A DNA stretch of 64,000 bases from the NCBI GenBank assembly GCA_963750165.1, contig CAVVPN010000011.1, positions 320,001 through 384,000 on the forward strand, given 5' to 3'. The DNA is from an uncultured Gemmataceae bacterium (GTDB lineage: Bacteria; Planctomycetota; Planctomycetia; Gemmatales; Gemmataceae). The first letter of the stretch is position 1. Each line of letters begins with the position of its first letter. Below the pieces are notes generated by a model, which saw only the letters and a program-made list of their open reading frames with translations, ran no database searches and had not been told where the DNA came from. Positions 32,086 through 41,972 of the stretch are shown here, piece after piece. The position numbers and the translations under genes were made by a program.

Positions 32086-33328
32086 TGTCCCGAACGCTGA
32101 CGGTGCCCGCTTGCTGAAGTTGAATCACCCGGGCGCGGGAGGCGCCATTCCGACGCTGTTCTTTCCTGGTGTAGTTGATGGCGATGGCGAACTCGGCAGG
32201 TAAGGGGGCGGAAACAGGCTTTTGCCTGCCACGCGGCGCCAACAGGGCTTGCCGCAAGCACCGACCGAGCACCTCGCCAAAAACCACAGGCACGGCGTTG
32301 CCGATTTGCCGGAACTGACTGGCCCGGCCGCCGACAAACTGCCACGCTGCGGGAAACCCCTGCAGGGCCGCACACTCCCGCCAGGTTAAGCGTCGGAACG
32401 CCCCGTCCGGAAGGCGAACCCAGTCCTGGCTCGCCGAGGCGGTGACGGTTCGCGCGGGCAGCGACAAATCGGCGATGAAGGTCCCCTGCCTGTACCCCCA
32501 ATGACCTCCGGGCCGGGTGGTTTCCCTGGCCCCGGCGCTGCGCAGCCCGGTACCCTCGGAGAGGGCCTGTAGCTGAACGGCCAGCGTTGCTGAGGGACGA
32601 ACCACGTCTGCCGGTGCTGGTTCCGGCTGGGAGGCCAGGAAGTCGCGCAAACAAACCCAGGGCCGCCGCGGATCAAACAGGCTCGGTTCGGGGTGTTCGG
32701 CATGGGTGGGTTCGGGGAACGGCGGGACGGCCACGTCCCGCGCGGCCATCATGAAGCAGCGGACGCGGCGCTGGGGACAACCGTAGTCCGCGGCGTTGAG
32801 CAGGGCGAACCGAGTGGCGTAACCGATCCCTTCAAAAGCCTGCTTGACCATGAACAGGGCCTCGCCTGGTTCGCCCCGCAGCCCGCGCGCTGTGACCAGT
32901 CCGCGGACGTTCTCGAAGAGGATCAACCGCGGCTGGAGCAAGCCGGCCAAGCGAACGAAGTATTCAAACAACCGGCCACGGGGGTCGGTGACGGAGCGTA
33001 AATCGCCTGAACTGCTGAACGGCTGGCAAGGCGGCCCACCCGCCATTAAATCGGGTGTCCAGCGGCTGCCCACTCCTGCCGGCCGCAAGTCTTCCGGATT
33101 GATTTGCTCGACGTACCTGGGAACAATTGTCATGTGCTCGAGGTATCTTCGCCTTCCCAGGCCCGGAATGGGAATTTTCGCCTCTCGGTTGCCCACCAGA
33201 GTGGCGACGCAATCCTCGTTGCATTCGGCCGCGGCGACCGTCAGAAACCCGGCCTGTTCCAGTCCCACGTCCAGGCCGCCGGCTCCCGTGAAGAGTGAGA
33301 CGACGGTCGGTCTGGCATCACCCCTCAT
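32048..33328 (-). CDS. DNA (cytosine-5) methyltransferase
   Basis: Motif I FTGAGG, IV GGPPCQPFS, VI ENV, VIII QRRVR, IX RECAALQGFP, X QIGNAVP. Confidence 0.95.
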   Translation of the reverse strand: MRGDARPTVVSLFTGAGGLDVGLEQAGFLTVAAAECNEDCVATLVGNREAKIPIPGLGRRRYLEHMTIVPRYVEQINPEDLRPAGVGSRWTPDLMAGGPPCQPFSSSGDLRSVTDPRGRLFEYFVRLAGLLQPRLILFENVRGLVTARGLRGEPGEALFMVKQAFEGIGYATRFALLNAADYGCPQRRVRCFMMAARDVAVPPFPEPTHAEHPEPSLFDPRRPWVCLRDFLASQPEPAPADVVRPSATLAVQLQALSEGTGLRSAGARETTRPGGHWGYRQGTFIADLSLPARTVTASASQDWVRLPDGAFRRLTWRECAALQGFPAAWQFVGGRASQFRQIGNAVPVVFGEVLGRCLRQALLAPRGRQKPVSAPLPAEFAIAINYTRKEQRRNGASRARVIQLQQAGTVSVRDIKGTGSAESQGA

Positions 33329-33576
33329 AATTCCCTCTCACCCGCAAGTTCACCGGGTTGATTGACCGCCTCTCAGCATACCATGTCGAGAACGCTTTCA
33401 AGACAGAGCAGGCTCGTCAGGGTTAGCAATAGCTCCAGGAATCCACCTCGGAAAGCGATTTCTTCGCTACTTTTCATTCCTTTGCCAGCCGGCGCCCCGG
33501 CCCAGCGTTTCCCTACAATACCCCCCAGGTGCCGGGAGTGGCCCGGCCCGCCGTCCTGACGACGAAGGAGAATGCC

Positions 33577-34071
33577 ATGAAGGCGACCGACGCGGTCAAG
33601 CTCGCCCTGACCTCCACGCGCGAACTGTGCAACTGGTATCTCAGCGACCTGTCCGACGCCGACCTGCTCATGCGGCCGGTCCCCACGGCGAACCACATCG
33701 CCTGGCAGATGGGCCACCTCATCAGCTCCGAGGCGCACCTCGTCCACGAGGAACTGCCAACCGCGCCCTTCCCCGAACTGCCCGCCGGCTTCAACGACCG
33801 CCACGCCAACCAGAACGCCGGCGTCGAAGCCACCCAGGGCTTTGGCACCAAGGCGGAGTACCTCGCTCTGTTCACCCGCACCCGGGACGCCACCATCGCC
33901 GCCCTGGAGAAACTCAGCGACGCCGACCTCGACCGGCCCACCAAGGGGGGCATGGCCAAGTTCGCGCCGAACCTCGGTGCGCTGTTCCAGCTGCTGGCCA
34001 ACCATACCCTCATGCACGCCGGCCAGTTCTCCGTCGTCCGCCGCAAACTCGGCAAGCCGGTGTTGTTCTGA
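33577..34071 (+). CDS. DinB family protein
   Basis: NHIAWQMGHL ... NHTLMHAGQ ... RRKLG; RBS GAAGGAG. Confidence 0.88.
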   Translation: MKATDAVKLALTSTRELCNWYLSDLSDADLLMRPVPTANHIAWQMGHLISSEAHLVHEELPTAPFPELPAGFNDRHANQNAGVEATQGFGTKAEYLALFTRTRDATIAALEKLSDADLDRPTKGGMAKFAPNLGALFQLLANHTLMHAGQFSVVRRKLGKPVLF

Positions 34072-34210
34072 GCACCATCATCGCTGGCGGCGTAGCGACA
34101 GGACGCTGCGCCGCCAGCGGCAGCCCTGAAAGCGCTCTTGGCAACACTCGCACCTGCCCGTTACAATGGTGGAGGTATTACGAAGTATTCCCCGCCAGCG
34201 AGGTGCGAAC

Positions 34211-35224
34211 ATGGTGGAGCGGCGCGAAGACCACGGCCAATCTTCCGATCCGGTGCTTGCCAAGGGGCGTGGTCGGATTGTAACGGTGGTGTTGGCGCTG
34301 GCGGTGGGCGTGGCGCTGGGGCTGGGCGGCTGCGGCAAGGCGGAGGATCCGTGGGAAAAAGTGCCCGGCGGTGAGCCGCGGGTGCTGGTTTCCTTTCCGC
34401 CGCTGTACTGCTTCGCCAAGAGTGTCGCCGGCGACGAGGTGGCGGTGCTCAGCCTGCTGACCACCGTGGGGCCGCACGACCACCAGCCGGACAACAAGGA
34501 CGCCCTGGCGGTGCGCAAGGCTCGCATCTATTTCGCCAATGGCCTGACCCTGGACGACTCGCTCACCAAGTTGATCGCCAGCGCCGCCGACCCGTCGCTC
34601 AGGTCGGTGGCGGTCGGCAACCTCGGCGTGCCGAGCGACAACCGCATCCGCACCGGCGAAATCAAGCACGGCAACCACACGCACCCGGCCGGCGCCGATC
34701 CGCACGTCTGGCTCGGCATCGACGAGGCCGTCGGCATGGTCAACGTTATCCGCGACACCCTCAAGGAGGTGGACCCGCCGCGCGCCGACGGCTACGACCG
34801 GCGCGCCGCCGCCTACGTCGAGCGGCTGAAAAAGCTGCACGCCGACGGCCTGGCCCTGCTGAAGGACAAAAAGAATCGCAACCTGGTCACCAACCATGAG
34901 TCGCTCGCCTACTTCGCGCGGTCGTTCCAGTTGAACATCGTCGGTTACATCCAGACGCAGCCGGGTGTCAGCGTGGACGGCAAGCACCTGGCGGAACTGG
35001 TGGACCTCTGCCAGAAGCGCGACGTTGGCGTCATCGCCGTGGAGCCGCAGTACAACCGCGCTTCCGCCGACCAGCTGCGCGACGAACTCAAGCGCAACAG
35101 CGTGGACGCAGCGGTCATCGAGATCGACCCGATAGAAACCGCAGAGCCCGACGAGCTGGACGCGGGTTACTACGAACGTGTGATGCGTCGGAACGTGGAA
35201 ACCCTGGCGAAACACTTGAAATGA
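34211..35224 (+). CDS. Zn/Mn ABC transporter substrate-binding lipoprotein (ZnuA/TroA family)
   Basis: Lipobox LGGC, GPHDHQP, ANGLTLD, DPHVWL, NHESLAYFA. Confidence 0.92.
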   Translation: MVERREDHGQSSDPVLAKGRGRIVTVVLALAVGVALGLGGCGKAEDPWEKVPGGEPRVLVSFPPLYCFAKSVAGDEVAVLSLLTTVGPHDHQPDNKDALAVRKARIYFANGLTLDDSLTKLIASAADPSLRSVAVGNLGVPSDNRIRTGEIKHGNHTHPAGADPHVWLGIDEAVGMVNVIRDTLKEVDPPRADGYDRRAAAYVERLKKLHADGLALLKDKKNRNLVTNHESLAYFARSFQLNIVGYIQTQPGVSVDGKHLAELVDLCQKRDVGVIAVEPQYNRASADQLRDELKRNSVDAAVIEIDPIETAEPDELDAGYYERVMRRNVETLAKHLK

Positions 35225-36003
35225 CCGATGCACTGGTGAGCCTGTCCCATGTGGGCGTGCGCCTGGGCGGCAAGGACGTTCTGCATGACCTGACCACGAA
35301 CGTGCCGCGCGGCCGCATTACCGCCGTGATGGGTTTGAACGGCTCCGGCAAGACCACGCTGCTGCGCGCGGTCCTGAAGGAAATCCTGTACACCGGGGAT
35401 ATTCGCTTCCACTGCGGTCACGACCACCGGCGGCCGGCGCCGCAGCACGTCGGCTATGTGCCGCAGAAATTGACCATTGACGCCAACCTGCCGCTGACGG
35501 TGCGCGATCTGATGGCCCTGGCGCTGCAGCGGCGGCCGCTGTTTCTGGGCGTCAGCCGTCGGGTCGAGCGCACCATGCTCCACATCCTGACGGGCGTCGG
35601 CGTTCCGAAGCCGGCGCAGATGCTGGACAGCCCGGTCGCCAAAATTTCCGGCGGTGAGCTGCAGCGCGTGCTCATGGGGCTGGCGCTTCACCCGCAGCCG
35701 GAACTGCTGCTGCTGGACGAGCCCGCGGCTGGCATCGATTTCAAGGACCAGGAGAAATTTTACCAGCTGATCCGGCGCGTCAACCAGGAGCACGGCGTCA
35801 CGATCCTGCTGGTGTCGCATGACGTGAGCGTGGTGAGCAAGCTGGTGCATCATGTCATTTGCCTGAGCGACGGGCGCTGTCAGTGCGAGGGGCCGCCGCA
35901 GGAGACGTTGACCGACGCCATGCGGGCGCGGATCTTCGGCGGTGACATGGGGTTATACGTCCACGACCACGCGCACGGCGCCGCGGTGACGAAAAACGAT
36001 TAG
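35221..36003 (+). CDS. Metal ABC transporter ATP-binding protein (ZnuC-like)
   Basis: GLNGSGKT, GYVPQ, ISGGELQR, LLLLDEP, VSHD, His-rich tail; ATGA coupling to the upstream gene. Confidence 0.92.
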   Translation: MTDALVSLSHVGVRLGGKDVLHDLTTNVPRGRITAVMGLNGSGKTTLLRAVLKEILYTGDIRFHCGHDHRRPAPQHVGYVPQKLTIDANLPLTVRDLMALALQRRPLFLGVSRRVERTMLHILTGVGVPKPAQMLDSPVAKISGGELQRVLMGLALHPQPELLLLDEPAAGIDFKDQEKFYQLIRRVNQEHGVTILLVSHDVSVVSKLVHHVICLSDGRCQCEGPPQETLTDAMRARIFGGDMGLYVHDHAHGAAVTKND

Positions 36004-36021
36004 CGGCCGCCGGGCCAAACG

Positions 36022-36070
36022 AGAACCCGTTTACGTTTCGCGCGGACTCGGCGAAACGTAAACGGGTTCT
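36022..36070. terminator. Palindrome between convergent genes; same family as 47774-47815
   Basis: AGAACCCGTTTACGTTTCGC-N9-GCGAAACGTAAACGGGTTCT. Confidence 0.75.
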
Positions 36071-36095
36071 GGTGTTGTGCGACGACGGCGCACCG

Positions 36096-36305
36096 TTAAC
36101 TGACAGTCTGGGTGGCCTCGGACAGCGGCGGCCATTCTTTTTCGAGGCCCTCATCCTCAATCTGACGCAGTTGCGCGTCGGTGATTTCAAACTTCTCGGT
36201 GACGAGTTGGTACGACTTACGCACGTTGCCGACGGTGTCCTGGGTGGTCACCAACGTGTGAAAGATTTCCTGGCGTTGCTGAGATGTCAAACGTTTGGCC
36301 CGCAC
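36096..36305 (-). CDS. Small hypothetical protein (69 aa)
   Basis: RBS AAGGAG plus GTG start; RQEIFHTLVTTQD...LRQIEDEGLEKEWPPL. Confidence 0.75.
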   Translation of the reverse strand: MRAKRLTSQQRQEIFHTLVTTQDTVGNVRKSYQLVTEKFEITDAQLRQIEDEGLEKEWPPLSEATQTVS

Positions 36306-36705
36306 GATGGTTCTCCTTCGGAAGTGAACTGGCGCCAGGGTGGGGTCACCCGGGAGCGCAACCTCGGCACAATCCTTGTGGATGGTTTCCGCAGAATCGA
36401 GTTCCAGGGGAGTGGTGGATTGCTCAGAGGTGGGTCTGAGGAATCGGCAGTCGCGTATATTCCCGCGACGCCACTCTGGCCACACAGGGCACCTGGAGGG
36501 AAAGGCGACTCCTCCCTTACCGCGGAGGTGGATTCTCACACCTCACGTTTTTAAGTATACTCAAACCCGCGACGGAACGTATGCAAAAATCCGGGAATTT
36601 TCCGTGCAGGTCGCCGGTGCAGCCTGTACCTTGGGCAAATCAGCCGTTGGTGGTGGTGGCACCGCTCGCGTGCCGAGGTTCGCCCCCGGAAAAGGAACGA
36701 AGATC

Positions 36706-38076
36706 ATGCAACGCACGTTTGTCTGCCTGGGCCTGGCGCTGGCCGCCTGGGCCCTGTCGGCCGCGCCCGTCACCTCCGACCCCGCCGCGCAACCCCCTGC
36801 CGGCAAAGACACCTGGGCGCCGCGGGTGCAGCGCATCAACCAGATCATCGATAAGGAACTGCCCGCCCTGGAGCAGCTGTACAAGCAGCTGCACGCCAAC
36901 CCCGAACTGGCCTTTGAGGAGACGAAGACGGCAGCCCGGCTGGCGAAGGAGCTGAAGGCCCTCGGCTTCGAGGTGACGACCGGCGTCGGCGGCACCGGGG
37001 TCGTCGGCGTGCTCAAGAACGGCAAGGGGCCGACGGTGCTGGTGCGCACGGACATGGACGCACTGCCGGTGACGGAGACGACAGGGCTGTCGTATGCCAG
37101 CAAGCGGCGGCAGCGCGACAAGGAAGGCAAGGACGTGGGCCTGATGCACGCCTGCGGCCACGACATGCACATGACCTGCTGGGTGGGCACGGCCCGCACG
37201 TTGGTGGCGCTGAAGCAGCAGTGGCGCGGCACCCTGGTGTTCATCGGTCAGCCGGCGGAGGAGGTCGGTGGCGGGGCGCGGCGGATGCTCAAGGACGGTC
37301 TGTTCGAGCGCTTCCCACGGCCGGACTTCTGCCTGGCGCTGCACTGCGACGGCCGCCATGCTCACGGCCAGCTGTCGTACTCCGAGGGGCTGCTCATGGC
37401 CAACGTCGATACCATCGACATCACCGTCAAGGGCAAGGGCGGCCACGGCTCGGCGCCGCACACGACCATTGACCCCATCGTGCTGGCGGCCAAAATCATC
37501 CTCGATTTGCAGACCATCGTGAGCCGTGAGGTCAACCCGACCGAGTCCGCGGTGGTGACGGTCGGCTCGATCCACGGCGGCACCAAGCACAACATTATCG
37601 GCAGTGAGGTAAAGTTGCAGCTGACGGTGCGCACGCTCAAGGACTCCGTGCGCAAGCAGGTGCTGGACGCGATCGTGCGCATCACCAGGGCGGCGGCGGT
37701 CGGGGCGCGGGCGCCGGAGCCGGCGATCAAGCTCAACCTGGACGACTACACGCCAGCGGTGTTCAACAACGCGGCGCTGGCAAAGAAGACAACCGCGGTG
37801 TTTCGCGAGGTGTTCGGCAAGGACCGCGTTCACGAACAGGGGCCGGTGATGGGCGGTGAGGACTTTGGGTTGCTCGGCCGGGCGGGCGTGCCGATCTTCT
37901 TTTACTTCCTGGGCACGGTGGCGCCGGAGAAGGTCGCGGCGGCGGCGAAGGGTGGCGAACCGCTGCCATCGTTGCACTCGGACAAGTATTATCCGGTGTA
38001 CGAGCCGTCAATCCGCACCGGCGTGCTGAGCATGAGCGTGGCGGTGCTGAATTTGCTGGACCGCAAGGAACCGTGA
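36706..38076 (+). CDS. Secreted M20D amidohydrolase
   Basis: HANPELAFEE, RTDMDALP, MHACGHD, QPAEE, GGHGSAPH, GGEDF. Confidence 0.93.
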   Translation: MQRTFVCLGLALAAWALSAAPVTSDPAAQPPAGKDTWAPRVQRINQIIDKELPALEQLYKQLHANPELAFEETKTAARLAKELKALGFEVTTGVGGTGVVGVLKNGKGPTVLVRTDMDALPVTETTGLSYASKRRQRDKEGKDVGLMHACGHDMHMTCWVGTARTLVALKQQWRGTLVFIGQPAEEVGGGARRMLKDGLFERFPRPDFCLALHCDGRHAHGQLSYSEGLLMANVDTIDITVKGKGGHGSAPHTTIDPIVLAAKIILDLQTIVSREVNPTESAVVTVGSIHGGTKHNIIGSEVKLQLTVRTLKDSVRKQVLDAIVRITRAAAVGARAPEPAIKLNLDDYTPAVFNNAALAKKTTAVFREVFGKDRVHEQGPVMGGEDFGLLGRAGVPIFFYFLGTVAPEKVAAAAKGGEPLPSLHSDKYYPVYEPSIRTGVLSMSVAVLNLLDRKEP

Positions 38077-38312
38077 GGGTAGGGGCTCTGTTACTCGTTC
38101 CGCCGCTGGCGGCCAGGCCGCCAGCGGCGGGACGATGCGGAGGCGCGTCAACCCGCTTTTTCCACCGCTGGCGTCTTCGCGCTCTGCGTCCCTCCTGCCG
38201 CCGCCTGTTAAAATAACTGCACCACGAACCTGGCGCCCGGAATGGATGTGTCCCGCGAACGGGATTTCGTCGTGGGCTGGTGCAGTCCCCACACGCGCAG
38301 CGAGGGTTCGCC

Positions 38313-39815
38313 ATGAACCGCAGTATCCTGATCCAGCTCACCATCCCGGCGGTGGTGGGTGGCCTGCTCATCTCCAGCCTGTGCCTGGTCGGCGCCTGGC
38401 ACGTGCAGCAGCTGCAGCAGAACCTCGTCGATATCCTGGCCGAAAACGTCGCCAGCATGCGCGCCGCCCAGCAGCTGGAGGTGAGCGTCCGCCGGCTCCG
38501 CTTCCACTGCCTCTTCTACCTGATCGACCCCAACCCCGAGTCGCTGGAGGCCATCCACGCTGACCAGCTGGCCTTCGAACACTGGCTCCGCCGCGCCGAC
38601 GAGTTGGGCACCACGGCGGAGGAGCGCGACTACGTCCGAAACATGCGCGCGGGCTACGAGCGTTACCTGCGCGAGTTCGAGCAACTCCGCAAGGAGCTGG
38701 ACCGCACCGGGCTGCGCCGCGACTTCCGCAGGTTGGCCGCCGACGAGGATCCCATCCGCCATGTCATCGACCCGTCCCGGGAATACCAGCGCGTCAACGA
38801 GGAGTTGATGAGCCACACCGCCCAGGAGAGCAACCGCATTGGTCAGCAGCTTCGCCTGGCGATGTTCCTGCTTGGCGTGGGCGGCCCGCTCGGCGGTCTG
38901 CTGGGCGGCTACGGCATCGCCCTGGGGCTGCGCCGCCGCCTGCACCGCCTCAGCGTCCGCATCCACGATGTCACCAGCCGGCTCGACCAGGACGTGGCCA
39001 CCGTCAGCCTGAGTCCCGACGGCGACCTGGGCAATCTCGACCGTCAGTTGCAGCACGTCGTTCAGCTGGTCAGCGACGTGACCGACCGCGCCCAGCGCCA
39101 GCAGCGCGACCTGCTCCGCGCCCAGCAACTGGCCGCCGTCGGCCAGCTCGCCGCCAGCGTGGCCCACGAGATCCGCAACCCGCTCACCTCCATCAAGCTG
39201 CTGGTCGAGGCGGCCCTGCGCGATCAGAAGCCGCGGCCGTTCACCCCCGAGAACCTCAAGGTGGTCCACGCCGAAATCCTCCGTCTGGAACAGACCGTGC
39301 AGCACTTCCTCGACCTGGCCCGGCCGCCGGCCCTGCAGCGCCGGCCCGACGACCTGCGCGAGGTCGTCGCCCGGGCGGTCGAACTGGTCCACGGCCGCGC
39401 CCGCCAGCAGCACGTGGAGGTGGCCGTCCATTGCCCCGACGCCGCGGTGACCGGCGCGGTGGACGCCAATCAGCTGTGTACGGTCCTGGTCAACCTCTTC
39501 CTGAACGCGCTGGACGCCATGCCGGGTGGCGGCCGTCTGGAGGTGTGTCTGGAGCCGGTGCCGGCCGGCGCCCGCGTCACGGTGACCGACACCGGCCCCG
39601 GCATCAGCCCGGCGATGGCCGGCCGGCTGTTCACGCCGTTCGCCAGCACCAAACCGACTGGCAGCGGCCTGGGCCTGAGCGTGTCGCGCCGCATCGTCGA
39701 GGAACACGGCGGCCGCATCACCGCCGCCGACCGCCCGACCAGCGGCGCCTGTTTCATTATCACCCTGCCCGCGCCCGTGACCGAGGAACGCCATGTCAAC
39801 CTTGCTGGTCATTGA
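38313..39815 (+). CDS. Membrane sensor histidine kinase
   Basis: Two TM segments, AASVAHEIRNPL, NLFLNALDAM, DTGPGI, GSGLGL. Confidence 0.93.
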   Translation: MNRSILIQLTIPAVVGGLLISSLCLVGAWHVQQLQQNLVDILAENVASMRAAQQLEVSVRRLRFHCLFYLIDPNPESLEAIHADQLAFEHWLRRADELGTTAEERDYVRNMRAGYERYLREFEQLRKELDRTGLRRDFRRLAADEDPIRHVIDPSREYQRVNEELMSHTAQESNRIGQQLRLAMFLLGVGGPLGGLLGGYGIALGLRRRLHRLSVRIHDVTSRLDQDVATVSLSPDGDLGNLDRQLQHVVQLVSDVTDRAQRQQRDLLRAQQLAAVGQLAASVAHEIRNPLTSIKLLVEAALRDQKPRPFTPENLKVVHAEILRLEQTVQHFLDLARPPALQRRPDDLREVVARAVELVHGRARQQHVEVAVHCPDAAVTGAVDANQLCTVLVNLFLNALDAMPGGGRLEVCLEPVPAGARVTVTDTGPGISPAMAGRLFTPFASTKPTGSGLGLSVSRRIVEEHGGRITAADRPTSGACFIITLPAPVTEERHVNLAGH

Positions 39816-41244
39816 CGATGAGGAGAGCGTCCGTTACTCCTTCCGCTACGTCTTCGAGGAGGACGGCGTGCAGGTGCTGACCGCGGGCACCGGGGCCGAG
39901 GGCCTGGAACTGGTCCGCGCCCACAGCCCGGACGTCGTGGTGCTGGACATCCAGCTGCCGGATCGCTCCGGCCTGGAGGTCTTCCAGGATCTGCAGGCGC
40001 TGGACTGCAAGCGGCCGGTGATCTTCATCACGGCACACGGCACCACCGAGACGGCCATCGAGGCCATGAAGCAGGGTGCCTTCGACTACCTGGTCAAGCC
40101 CGTGGATCTCGACCGCCTGAGCCAGCTCCTGGCCCGCGCTTTCGAGGCGGCCCGGCTGATGCGGGTGCCGGCGCTGCTGCCGGTCGAGGAGCGCGGCGAC
40201 CGCATCGTTGGCCACAGTCCGGTCATGCAGGAGATGTGCAAGGCCATTGGCCGCGTGGCGCCGCAGGATGTGAACGTGCTCATCCTGGGCGAGAGTGGCA
40301 CCGGCAAGGAACTGGTCGCCCGCGCTCTGTACCACCATAGCCGCCGCGCCGACCGGCCCTTCCTGGCGATCAACTGTGCCGCCATCCCCGAGGCGCTGCT
40401 GGAGAGCGAACTGTTCGGCCACGAGCAGGGAGCGTTCACCGGCGCCAGCCGCCGCCGCATCGGTAAGTTCGAGCAGTGCGACGGCGGCACGCTGTTCCTC
40501 GACGAGATCGGTGACATGGTGCCGGCACTGCAAGCGAAGATTCTGCGCGTGCTGCAGGAGCAGCGCTTCGAGCGGCTGGGCGGCAACGAGGTCGTGCAGA
40601 CGCACGTGCGCGTGTTGGCGGCCACCAACCAGTCGCTGGAAGAGGCCGTGGCGGCGAGCCGGTTCCGCAACGATCTGTATTACCGGCTCAAGGGCGTGAC
40701 CATCCGCGTGCCGCCGCTGCGCGAGCGCCTGGAGGACGTGCCCCAGCTGGCGGAGTATTTTCTGTTCCGATTCCAGCGCGACCTGGGCATGGACCTGCGC
40801 AGCTTCGCGCCGGAGGCGCTGGAGCTACTCCAGGCGTATCCCTGGCCCGGCAACGTCCGCGAATTGCAGGGGGTGGTGCGCGAGGCCATGTTCCGCGCCA
40901 GCGGGCATGTGGTGCTGGCGGAGTTCTTGCCACCGGAGTTGCACCAGCCGAAGCCCGTCGGCCCCGGCCCCGCCGCTCCTGCCGCCCTGGGCTTCGACCT
41001 GATCGGCCTGGTTGAAGGGTTGCTCGCGCGCGGCGAGAAGGACATTTACTCCCAAATGGTAGCGGCTCTCGACCGGCTGGTGCTGCCCCGGGTGCTGCGG
41101 CACACTCAGGGCCACCAGACGCAGGCGAGCGAGCGGCTCGGCCTCAGCCGCAACACGCTGCGGCAGAAGTTAAGGGGCCTCGGCCTGGCCGTGGACCGGG
41201 TGTTGACCGAAAGCGCCAGTGAGGACACGACCGGCGAGGGGTAA
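39793..41244 (+). CDS. Sigma-54-dependent response regulator (NtrC family)
   Basis: Receiver domain, GESGTGKE, ESELFGHEQGAFTGA, LFLDEIG, WPGNVREL, Fis-type HTH. Confidence 0.96.
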   Translation: MSTLLVIDDEESVRYSFRYVFEEDGVQVLTAGTGAEGLELVRAHSPDVVVLDIQLPDRSGLEVFQDLQALDCKRPVIFITAHGTTETAIEAMKQGAFDYLVKPVDLDRLSQLLARAFEAARLMRVPALLPVEERGDRIVGHSPVMQEMCKAIGRVAPQDVNVLILGESGTGKELVARALYHHSRRADRPFLAINCAAIPEALLESELFGHEQGAFTGASRRRIGKFEQCDGGTLFLDEIGDMVPALQAKILRVLQEQRFERLGGNEVVQTHVRVLAATNQSLEEAVAASRFRNDLYYRLKGVTIRVPPLRERLEDVPQLAEYFLFRFQRDLGMDLRSFAPEALELLQAYPWPGNVRELQGVVREAMFRASGHVVLAEFLPPELHQPKPVGPGPAAPAALGFDLIGLVEGLLARGEKDIYSQMVAALDRLVLPRVLRHTQGHQTQASERLGLSRNTLRQKLRGLGLAVDRVLTESASEDTTGEG

Positions 41245-41471
41245 TCCGGATCAGACCCAGGCCACTTGCTAGACCTGACCAGAATATGCCCGAACCGAAG
41301 AGCCTGGTGAGGATATTTTTTCACCCGCAATGGTCATTCCTTCATCGAATGGGAAAAAAGTGACCGTTTCCCCGGCTGTTCCAGAGTCAATCATTTCGGT
41401 GGCAAACTGGTCATTCGCCTTATCACCAATCTCATTAATAACTTGTGAGGACAAGTTTTTTTGAGTGGTCG

Positions 41472-41487
41472 TGGCACATTGATTGCT
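41472..41487 (+). promoter_or_regulatory. Sigma-54 (-24/-12) promoter upstream of the DUF1559 gene
   Basis: TGGCAC-ATTGA-TTGCT, a consensus match, in AT-rich DNA next to a sigma-54 activator gene. Confidence 0.8.
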
Positions 41488-41660
41488 CAGGTTCTCACAA
41501 CTTTCATTAATTCTTTCTAACTGGGTGTTAATCCTCCTCTCATCAAAAAGAGGACCTGTCCGGGGTGCTGCCTCCGACAAGGGTTGCGGTTCCCCTGAGC
41601 GACTGTCCGCGGTGCGCTTCGCGGACGGCCACGCTGAGATTGCGTCCGTTCAACTGAGTT

Positions 41661-41819
41661 GGCACAGGCTAAAGCCTGCGGCTGTGGGGCAATAAAGGAC
41701 CGCACCCTTTCGTCGCAGGTCGGTGCAGGCGCAGGTTCCGACCTGCGGCCGCGGAGCACAAAGGACCGCACCCTTTCGTCAACCGCAGGCTCCAGTAGCC
41801 GCAGACTTTAGCCTGTGCC
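41661..41819. repeat. Composite structured element: terminal inverted repeat enclosing two 21-bp direct repeats and a hairpin
   Basis: GGCACAGGCTAAAGCCTGCGGCT...AGCCGCAGACTTTAGCCTGTGCC; AAAGGACCGCACCCTTTCGTC at 41694 and 41760. Confidence 0.8.
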
Positions 41820-41972
41820 CGGTTCGGGGCCGACGCTGGAAACCAACCGCGAACACGCACTCCGTGTGCGTGTTGACGATTGTCAAAACCCCACACCATC
41901 CGTGCATCGGCCGCGGACGGCCCGTACGTCGTCCGCCGGTTGTTTTATTCATCCTGTTCAAGGGAGGTTCTC

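Noticed and set aside
41660..41676. Second sigma-54 promoter (TGGCACAGGCTAAAGC)
   Set aside because: GG-GC spacing is off by one and the sequence is part of a REP-like inverted repeat
41576..41819. Known riboswitch (e.g. c-di-GMP) in the DUF1559 leader
   Set aside because: The conserved core motifs of those families are not recognisable
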